51,916 nucleotides of DNA from Chiloscyllium plagiosum (taxonomy: Eukaryota): NCBI RefSeq assembly GCF_004010195.1, contig NC_057718.1, positions 14,525,578-14,577,493 on the forward strand. Direction: 5' to 3'. The translations under genes were made by a program, and so were the position numbers. The notes under the pieces were generated by a model. That model did not search any database and was not told the DNA's origin. It saw only the letters and a list, made by a program, of their open reading frames with translations. Position 1 is the first letter of the stretch. Each line of letters starts with the position of its first letter. Shown here piece after piece: positions 23,451 through 35,574 of this stretch.

Positions 23451-24151
23451 ATGGATGGTCTTTATCTATTTCTATTTCCATTTGATACCTCACCTCAGAA
23501 CTTCCTCTTTACAAAGGGGGACAGTTGTAAATTTTCTAAACTCTTCTTGTATCAGAAGTGCCTCCACATTGCTCTTCAGCCCCCCACCCTAAGGCCTGTC
23601 ATTGCTCGATTATGTTGTTACAGATGTACAGGTGATGGGCATCGCTTGGTGAAGCCAGAAAACATGACAAAAAAGAAGTGTTTCTCTTCCATGGTTCCAC
23701 TCAGGCCTAAATCTCCTTGGAGTGGGAACACTCAGTGTCCACTGGCCGGCTGTAATTCTCTCTTACTGGATGGTCACCATGGAAGGCATTACCTCCACCC
23801 TTAATCACATTTTAATTCGAATTTCATTTAATTGCCTTTTTATTTTTGTTGCTCTGATCTCCAGCATCTGCAGTCCTCACTTTCTCCTATTTTTGTTGCA
23901 GTGCCTTATATGAGGCTGCAATTATTCAATTATTTGGGTTAATTTGGCTTGATAGGTTTATTTGGAATTGTATTTCAAAAGAGTATAAAAGGAACCTCTT
24001 AAGTGGAGGTACATTAGTTAATAAATTTATTGTTTACTGAAAGAGTAAATAGAGGTCTCCTTAAGCTCTTGTGGTGCAGTGGTAGTGTCCCTACTTGGGG
24101 GCCTGGATTCAAGTTCCACATCATCCAGAGGTGTGTCATAACACATCCACA

Positions 24152-25590
24152 AAGGGTGGCTAACGTAGTGCCACTCTTTAAGAAGGGTAGTAAGGACAAA
24201 CCAGAGAACTATAGACTGGTGAGCCTGACGTCGGTGGTGGGCAAGTTGTTGGAGGGAATCCTGAGGGACAGGATGTACATGTATTTGGAAAGGCAAGGAC
24301 TGATTCGGGATAGTCAATGTGGCTTCGTGTGTTGGAAATCATGTCTCACAAACTTGATTGAGTTTTTTGAAGAAAAAACAAAGAGGATTGATGAGGGCAG
24401 AGCAGTAGATGTGATCTATATGGACTTCAGTAAGGCGTTCGACAAGGTTCCCCATGGGAGACTGGTTAGCAAGATTAGATCTCATGGAATACAGGGAGAA
24501 CCAGCCATTTGGATACAGAATGGGCTCAAAGGTAGAAGACAGAGAGGGTGGTGGTGGAGGGTTGTTTTTCAGACTGGAGGCCTGTGACCAGTGGAGTGCC
24601 ACAAGGATCGGTGCTGGGTCCTCTACATTTTGTCATTTATATAAATGATTTGGATGCAAGCATAAGAGGTATAGTTAGTAAGTTTGCAGATGACACCAAA
24701 ATTGGAGGTGTAGTGGACAGCGAAGAGGGTTACCTCAGATTACAACAGGATCTTGATCAGATGGGCCAATGGGCTGAGAAGTGGCAGATGGAGTTTAATT
24801 CAGATAAATGTGAGGTGCTGCATTTTGGAAAAGCAAATCTGAGCAGGACTTATTCACTTAATGGTAAGGCCCCAGGGAGCGTTGCTGAACAAAAAGACCT
24901 TGGAGTGCAGGTTCATAGCTCCTTGAAAGTGGAGTCGCAGGTAGTTAGGATAGTGAAGGTATGCTTTCTTTTATTGGTCAGAGTACTGAGTACAGGAGTT
25001 GGGAGGTCATGTTGTGGCTGTACAGGACATTGGTTGTGCCATTGTTGGAATATTGCATGCAATTCTGGTCTCCTTCCTATCGGAAAGATGTTGTGAAACT
25101 TGAAAGGGTTCAGAAAAGATTTACAAGGATGTTGCCAGGGTTGGAGGATTTGAGCTATGTGGAGAGGCTGAACAGGCTGGGGCTGTTTTCCCTGGAGCGT
25201 CGGAGGTTGAGGGGTGACCTTACAGAGGTTTACAAAATTATGAGGGGCAGGATGGGATAAATAGGCAAAGTCTTTTCCCTGGGGTTGGGGAGTCCAGAAC
25301 TAGAAGGCATAGGTTTAGGGTGAGAGGGGAAAGATATAAAAGGGACCTAAGGGGCAACCTTTTCACGCAGGCAGTGGTACGAGTATGGAATGAGCTGCCA
25401 GAGGAAGTGGTGGAGGCTGGTACAATTGCAACATTTAAGAGGCATCTGGATGTGTATAAGAATAGGAAAGGTTTGGAGGGATATGGGCTAGGTACTGGCA
25501 GGTGGGACTAGATTGGTTTGGGATATCTGGTCTGACTGGATGGGTTGGACTGAAGTGTCTGTTTCTATGCTGTACATCTCTATGACTCTA
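24152..25590 (+). mobile_element. HER1/CR1 LINE, 1.4-kb 3' portion with RT, inserted in a SINE head (24062-24150)
   Basis: RVANVVPLFKKGSKDKPENYRLVSLTSVVGKLLE, MDFSKAFDKVPH, GVPQGSVLGPL and FADDTK across frameshifted ORFs. Ends in ctctatgactctat. Confidence 0.95.
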
Positions 25591-27279
25591 TAAGGTTGAT
25601 GGAAAATATCTAAAGAGGGTCTCCTGGTACTAGGTGGGTAGTGGCTAGGAGGTAAAGATCTATAAGGGTCTGAATAAATTTATAATCAAGGAAATTATCT
25701 TTTGTACTTTTCCATTTATTTAACGTAGGACGGCAGGTTGCAAGGGGCTTGAGGGAAACTCAGGGTTTAGATTCTGAGAATTGCCTCAACTATGCTGATA
25801 AAAGTTAATTGGTCCGGCTGGAAATTAGCAGAAAATGAGGAGAATTTACAAAAGAAAAAGTCAAGATTTTAGAAATTGCCAGACAAGGCCCGTTCATAAA
25901 TGTATTGCCTGCTTACATGGGCAGGTATCACAGATATCAGCAGAGTTGATTGAAGACTTTTCCTTGTAAGTCTCCTGGATTATTATGAACATCAGAGACA
26001 GGCTATTCAGTAGTGCCTCATACACTCACTCACCTCTAAAGTAAACAATCACTCCAGAGAAGCTGATGTGGTTCTAATGTTACTAGACCAGTAATCCAGA
26101 TCCCCAAGCTAATGGCCTGAGGACTGGGTGGTAAGTGTTACAAATGATCAACAAGAACATCGGGGAGGGGAAAATTCCATTCATGTGTTCAAATTCCACT
26201 GTGGCACCTGGTGGAACATAAATTCAATCTGAAATGTAGAGCGAGTCGTGATGATGGTCATCATGAAACTAGCATCAATGGTCATAAAAACCCATCGAGT
26301 TGATTGTTGGAAGGAAATCTGCTGTCTTTACCTGGTCTGGCCTACACATAACGCCAGACCCACAGCAATGGGGTTGGCTTTTAGCTGCCCCCTGAAATTG
26401 TTGAGTAAGCCACTCAGTTCAAAGGGTTGGACAACAAATGATGACCCTCCCATCGAAGGACTCGCAAAGGACAAGCCTTGGATGACACTCGAGTACTGAG
26501 GGAGTGCTGCACTGTCCGAGGTGCTGTTCACAGAAAACGTTCTATGCTCCGTTTCCTCACCTTCTGAAAATATCGGAGGCAGTTAATCAGATGTAGGATT
26601 GTGGAAATCTGAAATACCCTCTGCTAAAAATAAGTTGAGGCTGGTGGGGAGGGGGGAAATTGAGATTAATAGATTTTTGTTCGGCAAGGATATTAAAAGG
26701 TTCCACAACCAAGGCAGGTAGATGAGGTTAAGACATTGTTGATCTCATGCAATGATGGAGTGGATTCAAAGAGCCTCATTCTGTGGAACATAAACTAACA
26801 TTTTGAGGATTTCGTGTCACATTTGGTATTGCAACTCTTAGGAGTTAACTTGAATTAAAAGTCAGCACAGGTTTTTCATTTGACAATTGAATTAAAGATA
26901 CTATTCTCTGACATGGTCTTTTGGTTCCCCTTCTGCAATCCTACAGCAGTGGTCAAGAAGGGTAACCCAGAGAGAAATGTATCAAGGGATGGCCACCACT
27001 GGCAGGAAACTGTTAAATCAGATTTATGATCAGAAAGAGTGAAACAAGATTATAGAGATAATCAAATGCACGGGCTTCTTTTTTATTGTGAGTGAGTTAA
27101 ATTGAAATAGATTTCATTTTCAAATGATAATGGATGATTTTCTGTCACTCACAGACATACACATGCACATTAACACTATCTTACATACATATTCTCTCTC
27201 ATAAGAATACTCAGTCACACAGCATCTCAGCCACAGAAAGACAGAGATAGCCCCACTGCAATGGAGTTTTGCCACTTAC

Positions 27280-27454
27280 TGATACGGTCGGAGGGTCCTG
27301 ACACTGTAACACAGGGCGTCCTCCCAGCGAGCAAGGTGAATACAGCCATCCATGGCAGCATCAAGCATCTTCAGCAGATAGAGGTTCGTGTCAGGGAGGA
27401 CATCTCGATTCTTGTCGATGAAAGCCTGGCACACTTCCACCACCTCTTCCCAGT
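27280..27454 (-). CDS. SMYD3: SMYD3 internal coding exon (equivalent of human exon 10), 175 nt, C-terminal TPR-like domain
   Basis: Reverse complement reads aataacag|ACTGGGAAGAG...CCGTATCA|gtaagt and translates to WEEVVEVCQAFIDKNRDVLPDTNLYLLKMLDAAMDGCIHLARWEDALCYSVRTLRPY. This matches human SMYD3 as I recall it (WEQVLAMCQAIISSNSERLPDINIYQLKVLDCAMDACINLGLLEEALFYGTRTMEPY). Canonical AG and GTAAGT borders, no stops. Confidence 0.96.
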
Positions 27455-27729
27455 CTGTTATTAACTTCAGTTAAGGAATCAGGCAGGAAAATGAAACACA
27501 AACCAGAAAGATATTATTTTACAAAAGGCAGCTGATTACACTAAGTAAGGGCATCTGCTCCATTCCTGAGGGCCTTGTGTTCCTGGTTGCTTTGTTCCTA
27601 GGCAAACATTTGACACATAATATAGCTCCAAAGTAATTGGTTTTCTTTTATATCAGAGTACTGTGCTCGACAGTTCAAAGCAGGAGGAGTGGAGACTTGT
27701 TTACGGTTGTATGTGTGACCACATCCCTA

Positions 27730-28040
27730 TTGTTATTACAGCTTTTAAGCCCAACGTCTGGAACGGAAGCTCTGGGTTCAAGCCCACGCAAGGGCGTGTT
27801 GGCCACAGAAGGCACATCCATAAAATGGCCGAGCAGTTTGACCGTCCGCCTGTACGTCCCTCCAATACACCTGACAACAGGCAGCAAGAAAGGGTGAGTT
27901 TCTTGGTTAGCCATCCTGCAGAAGGTAATGGCAAATTACAGCACTGGTTTGTCCATAAGTGTGGGCCAATCCAAAGGAAGTGCATGGCCCAGCCCTTTAG
28001 AATTGAGGATGGGAGAAAAGGCAGATAGGTACATGAGGGG
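27730..28040 (+). mobile_element. Probable old SINE with tRNA-like head
   Basis: ctctgggttcaagccc B-box and gcagaaggtaatggcaaa block. Family not identified. Confidence 0.4.
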
Positions 28041-28250
28041 ATCTTGTTCCTTTGAAACAACAAACACACCAGCCTATATATGCAGCATTCAGCACAGTAT
28101 CCTCAATTAACTACTCATGTTTCCACTTCTTACCTCCCTCCCCACTATACTGAGGCTATTAGAATTCCAAATTTGGCATCAAACTGACTCTGTTTCCGCC
28201 AAACTAACTTATCACTAGCCTTTGTCACCGTTCTATGTCTGCAGTGCAAG

Positions 28251-28382
28251 TCAGCTCTGATGAAGAGTCATCTAGACTCGAAGTGTTAGGTTACTCTCTC
28301 TCCATGGATGCTGCCTGACCCACTGCATTTCCAGCATTTTCTGTTTTCAGTATAGATTCCAGCATCTGCAGTAATTTGCTTC
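28251..28382 (+). mobile_element. Penelope pseudo-LTR fragment (family C) with decayed hammerhead
   Basis: agct-CTGATGA-a-GAGTC-atcta-GACTC-GAAgtgttagg, then ctctctccatggatgctgcctgacc...ccagcatctgcagt. Confidence 0.75.
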
Positions 28383-28939
28383 GAGATGTTCGCTAAGTTT
28401 GGTTTAGGATGTGAATGACACTGGGAGGCCATGCTTCCTGTCCATCATTTGTTATGCTCAGGGTGTAAGGATCAACCCTGCATTGTGCAATTTGAGTCAC
28501 ATAGATGGCAGGGCAACAGGATTAAATGGAGATTGGTCCTTCTGGAATCTTTTGCATCAGTATAAGTTTCTCTTTCAAGGAAGATTGGAATAGTGGAACA
28601 TGGTCAAGGGAGAGGTTGAGAGGAATATCATAGACATAGTTAAGGGGAATGCTAGATTAGCACATGACTGAGAGGAATGAAAGGTTAAATTCTTAGCTTT
28701 GATGGAAGTCTGAAATGAGGGAGATTTGTTTGAGATTTGTTAGTATACACCAGTCGGGCTGAATGGCCTATCTGCATGCTATAACTGCAATGTATCTCCT
28801 GCTTTTGTTTTGCTTCAGTGGAGATGTCCAATAAGGACTGTGAGTTCTTAATTCAGATTGTCATGTTCAACGATCATTACAGGCCCACTTGAGAACAAAA
28901 TTTGTATAAAACCTTGAATTCAGACCAGAACAACGCACT

Positions 28940-29227
28940 TAGAATAGAATCCCTACAGTGAGGAAACAGGCCATTCAGCCCAACAAGTCCACACCGACCC
29001 TCCGAAGAGTAACCCACCCAGATCCACTTTTCTGACCTACATATCCCTGAACATTATGGGCAATTTAGCATGGCCAATTCACCTAACCTGCGCATCTTTG
29101 GACTGTGGGAGGAAACCCACACAGACACATGGAGAATGTGCAAACTCCACACAGACAGTTACTGAAATCGAACCCGGGACCCTGGCGCTGTGAGGCAGCA
29201 GTGCTAACCAATGAGACACCATGCTGC
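28940..29227 (-). mobile_element. HE1-type SINE
   Basis: Same head, core and tail as 7588-7881. Confidence 0.88.
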
Positions 29228-29324
29228 TTGATCAGGCTACTGCAATATGACATTGCTGGTGATTTTACCCGGGCTTGAATCCAAACTGACCTTCTTGGAT
29301 TTCCATTACTTTTCTGAATGTCTT

Positions 29325-29600
29325 TTTTATTCATTCACAGGACGAGTGGATCAGTCGCTAGGTCGAAAGTTTTGCCTCTCCCTGACTGGCCTCGTGAAGA
29401 TGGTAGTGAGCTGCCTTCTTGATACACTGCAGTCCCTGGGATACAGGGGCACCGAACGTGCTGATGGGAAGGGAGTTCTGAGATTCTATCCAGCAACAGT
29501 GAAGAGACAGGGATGTGGATGGAGGGGGCTTGGTTGGGGAAGTCACAGTGAGTGGTGTTCACATGGATCTGACGCACTTGTACTTCTAAGCATTTAGGTA
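29325..29600 (-). mobile_element. LINE 3' fragment sharing the tail of the second SINE family (also ~33650-34110 +)
   Basis: gaagatggtagtgagctgccttcttga...ggggcttggttggggaa is the reverse complement of the tail seen at 16378-16690. Confidence 0.65.
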
Positions 29601-30664
29601 ATGGGTTTGGATTCTGTTGTGCTGTGTCTCTTCCATATTTTGAAAGTGTGTGCTAGTTTAATCCCTCAGTAGTTCTTTGAATCTTGATGTCACCCTTCCT
29701 TTGAATATTGGTACTGAAAGGTTTGGCTATATGGCCTTGGACCTTTTTTCTCTTTACTATCAAAGTTCCGAACAAGAATAGGCCATTGGGCCCATTGAGC
29801 CTGCTCCCCCAGTCAATAAGATCATGGCTGACTTGATTGAGGCCTCAGTTCCATTTTCTTGCCTTTCCCAGTATCTGCCCCCCCCCCCACACCTTCCCCC
29901 CCCCCCCCCACTTGTTCATGAAGAATTATTCTATCTCTCTGCCTGAAAAACATTCCATGACACAGCCTCCATCCCTGTCTGTGGAAAAGAGTTCTGAAGA
30001 CCAATGACCCTGTGAGAGGAACAATTCCTCATGACCTGCATCTTAAATAGGAAACGCCTTATTTTTAAACTGTTTTCCCAATCTCTCCCACATGAGGAAA
30101 CATCTTTCCAGCATCCACTCCGTTAAATCCCCTCATAACACGGCTGTGAAACTCGTTCAAGACCTTGACCCACATTCATCTCACTGCCACTTGTATCTCA
30201 TTTAATCCCACTGCTTTGCCGTTTATCATTTCTTTCAGTACGGTTCTGACTTCATTCAGATTGATGCGAGATTTCATTCCTAGTTTTAACAGCTACCCTT
30301 GCCTGTTCTTGGGTTTTCCTCATTCACAAGACCATTAAACTATCGGCTCCACCTCCTGTTTTTTCATCCTCTTCCAATGAGGTATTCCACCTGCATCCGT
30401 CAGTAGACACACATTTCCCACATCTTCTATTAACCTATCTCCAGCAGCTGCCATTCTCGAGAAAACATGGATAATAAGGCCATAAAAATGCAAACTAAAC
30501 ACTAGGGTTTATTTCTAGAGGGTTAGATGGAAACGCAAAGAGCTTGTGTTAAACGTGTACAGAAGCCTTGCTTTAGACAACGAGGTAATCATCTGGTCTC
30601 CATAGAAACAAACAATGGAGGCACCGGAGAAGGTGTGAACAAGATTCCTATCAAGGGGATTCGA

Positions 30665-30892
30665 TTAGATTAGATTAGATTCCCTACAGTGTGGAAACAG
30701 GCCCTTCGACCCAACAAGTCCACACCGACCATCCGAAGAGAAACCCACCCAGACCCAGCTCCCTCTGACTAATGCACTTAACACTGGGCAATTTAGCATG
30801 GCCAGTTCACATGATCTGTGCACCTTTGGACTGTGGGAGGAAACCGGAGCGCCCGGAGGAAACCCACGCAGACACAGGGAGAATGTATTGCA
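30665..30892 (-). mobile_element. HE1-type SINE, 5'-truncated
   Basis: (TCTAA)n tail and HE1 core, inserted into a decayed CR1. Confidence 0.85.
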
Positions 30893-32229
30893 ACTGGCAG
30901 GTATGATTGAACAGGTTGGGGTGTTTCTCTCTGGCAATAAAAACTGAGCAGCTGCTGATAGGGATCAGCAAGATTATAAAAGGGTGAAGGGAGACAAATA
31001 TTTGTGTAGGGGACCAAAATTAGACGCCATGAATAAACGCTTCTCACCAATGAGTCTGATTTAAAAGACACTTGCTTAGTTTGAGAATGGTGAGAATATA
31101 GAACGTCTGACTTTTTAAAATTCATTCATGGGATGAGGGCGTCAGTGCCCATCCCTAATTGCCCAAATGGCAGTTTATGAGTCAACCACATTTCTATGGG
31201 TCTAGAGTCACACGTAGGCCAGACCAGGTAGGGATGGCAGATTTCCTTCTCTGAAGGATATTTGTGAACCAGATAGAGTTTTCCAACAATTGACAATGGA
31301 TTCATGGTCATCATTAGACTCCTCATTCCAGATCAAGGAGCAATTGGAGGAGTCGTGTTGTGGTAATGACACTAGGTTAGCATTCTGGAACTTCAGCCCA
31401 ACACAATCCCATCATGACAAGTGGTGAAATTTGAACTTGGTTTTCTTTTTAAAATGCGCTTGTTCAATGGCAGCCCTGTAACCACCGTTAATTATCATAG
31501 AAATCCAACTGGTTCACTACTGTACTTCAGGGAAATAGTTTCATGCGTAAGTGCCTCCTTTACTTGGTCTGACCTACACGTGACTCCAGATCTACAGCGA
31601 TGTTGTTGACTCATGACTCCCCTTTGAGTGATTAGGCATGGGACGGCAATAAATGCAGTGACACCCATGAATGAATTGAAACAAAATTGAAGCATACGAC
31701 ACAGAGCAAGTGTGGTAAGGAACTGGAGAAAAAGAAATAAAATGAGTTGGTGACTTTTGGTGAAAGGTTTTGGAAGAGGCTTTTGTGGAACAGAATGGCC
31801 TTGATCAGTTTTGGTTGTGCTGTACGGGTTAAAGGTTGAGCTCTCCTAATCTTCATGTGTGTCCAAGGGCAGCTTAATGGGACTGCTATTCAAAGTGATC
31901 GACTGTTTTAGTAATTTGAGTCATCTCCCGAGCCGCGCCCACAGTGTTACTATTCTAACACAGCAATGAGGACATTCTTCTCTCATAGGCCAGTAAATTC
32001 TTTGCTGCAGAGGGCTGTCGAAGCTGAGTCATTAAATATATCCAAGGCTCAGATAGATAGATTTTTAACCAGTGAGGCAATGATAGATTATGGTGAAAAG
32101 GCAAGAAAGTGAAGTTGAGGACGATCAGATCAGCCACTCTCTCGTTGAGCAGCGAAGCAGACTCGATGGGCTGAATGGCCTACTTCTGCTCCTACATTTT
32201 GTGGGACCATTGTCCTTTCTGTCTTCCTT

Positions 32230-32872
32230 CCCATTCCTTCCTCCTGTGTTTGCCCTCCTGGTTTGAGCTCTGCCTTGCTGCTTTTGATGCACCATCACTT
32301 TGTGAGTGAGGCGATCCCGGTTCCCACATCCATTGTTCCAGTGATGGCCATTTTTAGGCATTTCACTGCAGTAACAAATAGTCTGGTATTGCTGGATGTA
32401 ATGGCACCATTAGCAGCTTCTCTTCCTCCTTGGATCACCATTAGCCATTCTTTAGTCTGCCTAACTGCTGGTCTTTCTCTCTCTCTCTCTCTCTCTCTCC
32501 CCCCCTCCCTCCGTGGGCTCCATCTCCACCTAATGTAATTCCTTCTCCTCCCCCTCCCTCCTTCCCTACTCTCGGTCTTCAACATATATACCATCTTTCC
32601 CCAGCGACAATCAGTTCCCAAGAAGAGTCAGCAGACCTGAAGCATTGACTCTGTTTTCTCTCCACAGATGCTGCCAGACCTGCTGAGTTTCTCCAGCATT
32701 CTCAGATTTTATAACAATGAAGCTTGGACTGACAATGACCACATATGAAGAAGGGCTTATGCCCGAAACGTCGATTCTCTTGCTCCTCAGATGCTGCCTG
32801 ACCGACTGTGCTTTTCCAGCACCATGCTCTTGACTCTGATCTTCAGCATCTGCGGTCTTCACTTTCTCCATA
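32230..32872 (+). mobile_element. Penelope pseudo-LTR remnants (family C to ~32710; family B 32745-32872)
   Basis: ttttctctccacagatgctgccagacctgctgagtttctccagca and tgaagaagggcttatgcccgaaacgtcgattc. Confidence 0.7.
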
Positions 32873-33169
32873 CTAACCAAATGCCAGGCAATGGCCATCT
32901 CTGATAAGGGAGAACTTGATCTGTTTACTTGGCGTTCAACGGCATTACTATTGCTGAATCTGAATCACTACTAACATAATCAAGCATTCCTCCCAACCTG
33001 ATTGTACTCTCTTCCACCCAATTCCATCAGGCAGAAGATACAAAAGTTAGTATACATGTACCAATAGATTCAAGAGCAGCTTCTTTCCTGCTTTTATCAG
33101 ACTTATGTACAGATTTTTTATATATTAGAGTTGATCTTTCTCTGCATCATCACTGTAGCTGCAACATTA

Positions 33170-33541
33170 TCATTGAATCCCTACAGTGTGGAAGCAGGCC
33201 ATTCAGCCTGTTAAGTCCACACTGACTTTCCAAAGAGCATCCCACTCAGAACCACCTCCACTGCCCTACCCTTGTAACCCTGCATTCCCCATGGCCAACC
33301 CACCTAGCCTGCATATTCCTGGACACTGTGGGCAATTTAACATAGCTGATCCACCTAACCTGCACATCTTTGGACTAACCTGATGGACATAGCTGATCCA
33401 CCTAACCTGCACAGGAGGAAATCCATACAGACACAGGGAGAATATGCAAACTCCATACAGACGGTTGTCTGAGGCTGGAATCGAACCCGGGTCCCTGGCG
33501 CTATGAGGCAGCAGTGCTAACTGCTGAACCACCATGCTGCC
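33170..33541 (-). mobile_element. HE1-type SINE inserted in a Rex1/Babar-like LINE tail (~32990-33640 +)
   Basis: Full HE1 with a 26-bp internal duplication. Flanks read ccatcaggcagaagatacaaaag...agattcaagagcagcttc and tactggatctcagtagatgtgaca. Confidence 0.85.
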
Positions 33542-34249
33542 TCACAGGTATTATGTAAGGTATGACTTGCTTGGTTAGCATGCAAAACAATACTTTTTAC
33601 TGGATCTCAGTAGATGTGACACTAATCAATCAAATCAAACAAAATCAAATCATTGACCAGATGCCTAATTGGACCAGCCAAATAAATGCTGTAATCAACA
33701 GAAAAGCAGATCAAAGTCAGTGAATTCTGTGGTGAGTAATTCACCTCCTGATTCTCCAAAGCCTGGCCACCATGTACTAGGTACAACTGAGGCCTGTGAT
33801 GGAAGGTGCCCAACTAGTCTGGATGAGTGCAGCTCCAGCAATACTCAAGAAGCTCAGTGTCATTCGGGTCTGTTTCATTGATATGTCCTACACCAACTTA
33901 AACAATCACTTCCTTCACACAGTGGCAGCAGTATGTACCATATACACAAAACATTGCATCAATTTGCCAAGATGCCATCAATAGCACATTCTAAAACCAC
34001 TTAGAGGAAACAAGGGCAACAGATACGTGGAATCTGCAAAGTTCCCCTCCACATCACATACCATCCTGACTTGGGAATATATTGCCATATCTTTATTGTC
34101 AGTGGGTCAGTGGTATGGATGATTGCATGAAGGCAAATTGTCATACATTGCATGGAGCTCCTGGAGTTAGGCTTTTGACCTTGCTAGGCCATTGTGATGA
34201 TGTCACTGCTGAGAGACTTTCCCTGCACGGCTTCTGGTTTGGTTAGATT

Positions 34250-34444
34250 CATTGAATTGTAGAATCTCTACAATGGGGAACAAGGCCATTCAACCCATCA
34301 AGTGTGCAAAGAGCAGCCCACCCAGACCCAGCCCTCCCTCTATCCCTGTAACCCTGCATTTCCCATGATAAATCCATTAAGCCTACACATCCATGGACAC
34401 TACGTGCAATCTAGCATGGCCAATCCACCTAACCTGCACATCTC
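34250..34444 (-). mobile_element. HE1-type SINE 3' part
   Basis: tagcatggccaatccacctaacctgcacatct core and tail. Confidence 0.75.
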
Positions 34445-34756
34445 TGGTTCCAAAGACCCAGCAGCAGTATCAGGCTGGTTGAGAGGTGACCTCCTTGAAG
34501 TTGGGTCAGCGATGTGGTTTGGGGGATGGGGATGCCCACATGACTGAAGATGTCTGGTTTCTGAAATTTTCCATACCTTTGGGCATCCCTTTGGCTGTGA
34601 GCTCTGCTCTGATCACCTTGGGATATTAGAATTACGGAAAGATGTTGAACAAAGTTGTGCATGACATGCCTCGATGTGGGAAAGGTTATTGAGTGAACTA
34701 TATCTCGCATCACCCACACAGCTGGAACTGTTCTCAATGGTGGCTCATCAGGATAC

Positions 34757-34844
34757 TTCCTGCAGACTGTAATTTCTCCACTTTCGGAATCGATTCTTTG
34801 ATTTCCTTCCAGGCGTGTTTCTCTCCCGCCAGCATGTCTGAATC
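34757..34844 (-). CDS. SMYD3: SMYD3 internal coding exon (equivalent of human exon 9), 88 nt
   Basis: Reverse complement reads ttctcattctgtgcag|GATTCAGACATG...GCAGGAA|gtatcctg and translates to DSDMLAGEKHAWKEIKESIPKVEKLQSAG+1 nt. This resembles the post-SET segment of human SMYD3 as I recall it (DADMLTGDEQVWKEVQESLKKIEELKAHW). Phase 1 end joins the next exon in frame (A|AC = Asn). Confidence 0.93.
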
Positions 34845-34944
34845 CTGCACAGAATGAGAAGGAAAGTTCATAGCTTTGACTGTGTCAGGGTAACTTCCAT
34901 CAAATTCCCCACTCGCCCCTTCACCCCAGTCTCACTTACACAGA

Positions 34945-35155
34945 AAGCTAATTACTGTGGATGCTGGAAATCTGAAATCAAAAGAGAAAGTGCTGGAGAA
35001 ACTCAGCAGGCCTGGGGAGAGATAAACAGAGGATAACATTTCAATTTTGATACCGCTGACATGTTCTTCGTAAGAGTCATATTGGACTCAAAATGTTAAC
35101 TCTGATTCTCTCTCCATAGATGCTGCCAGACTACTGAGTTTCTCCAGCATTCTCT
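34945..35155. mobile_element. Palindromic Penelope-derived element (family C), ~100 nt from the acceptor of the 88-nt SMYD3 exon
   Basis: tgctggagaaactcagcag is mirrored by ctactgagtttctccagca. Decayed core agagtc-atattg-gactc-aaaatgttaac. Confidence 0.75.
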
Positions 35156-35574
35156 TTTTATCCCACTCTCATTACCTGGAAATGGTGAGGAAATGGTTAG
35201 GAACTGCTCCTCAAGTCTTCTAATCCCTCCCTACTCAACGAAACACCAAGAGTTTACGTCTGACAGCAACAGACAATCTTGGAGCCTGTTATATGAACAG
35301 ATGCTGGGAGTGTTAACTGCTCTGTAAGCCCACCTATGTCTGCTGTTAGTGCTGACAAAGTGCTTTTCTAAGATTATTAAACATGTCAGGCTCTTGAAAG
35401 ATGACATTTCTACCGACTGACTACAGCTGCCTTTGTAACCTTTCTTCAACAACAGTGTGGGAAAACTAAGAACCGCAATGCAAAAACACTTAAAACACAA
35501 AAAAAACTTAACTGTCTGTCAGGTGTTTTTGGACAGCCTGCAAGACATTAGTAATTCATTCATCTATTTGTCTT

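Larger units (their letters stand above)
27455..34756 (-). other. SMYD3: U12-type (minor spliceosome) GT-AG intron of SMYD3, 7302 nt
   Basis: 5' splice site GTATCCTG (plus strand caggatac, 34749-34756). Branch site TTCCTTAAC (plus gttaaggaa, 27470-27478) ends 16 nt from the intron end. No polypyrimidine tract between branch site and AG. Confidence 0.88.

Noticed and set aside
27261..27464. 67-aa plus-strand ORF
   Set aside because: Antisense shadow of the SMYD3 exon.
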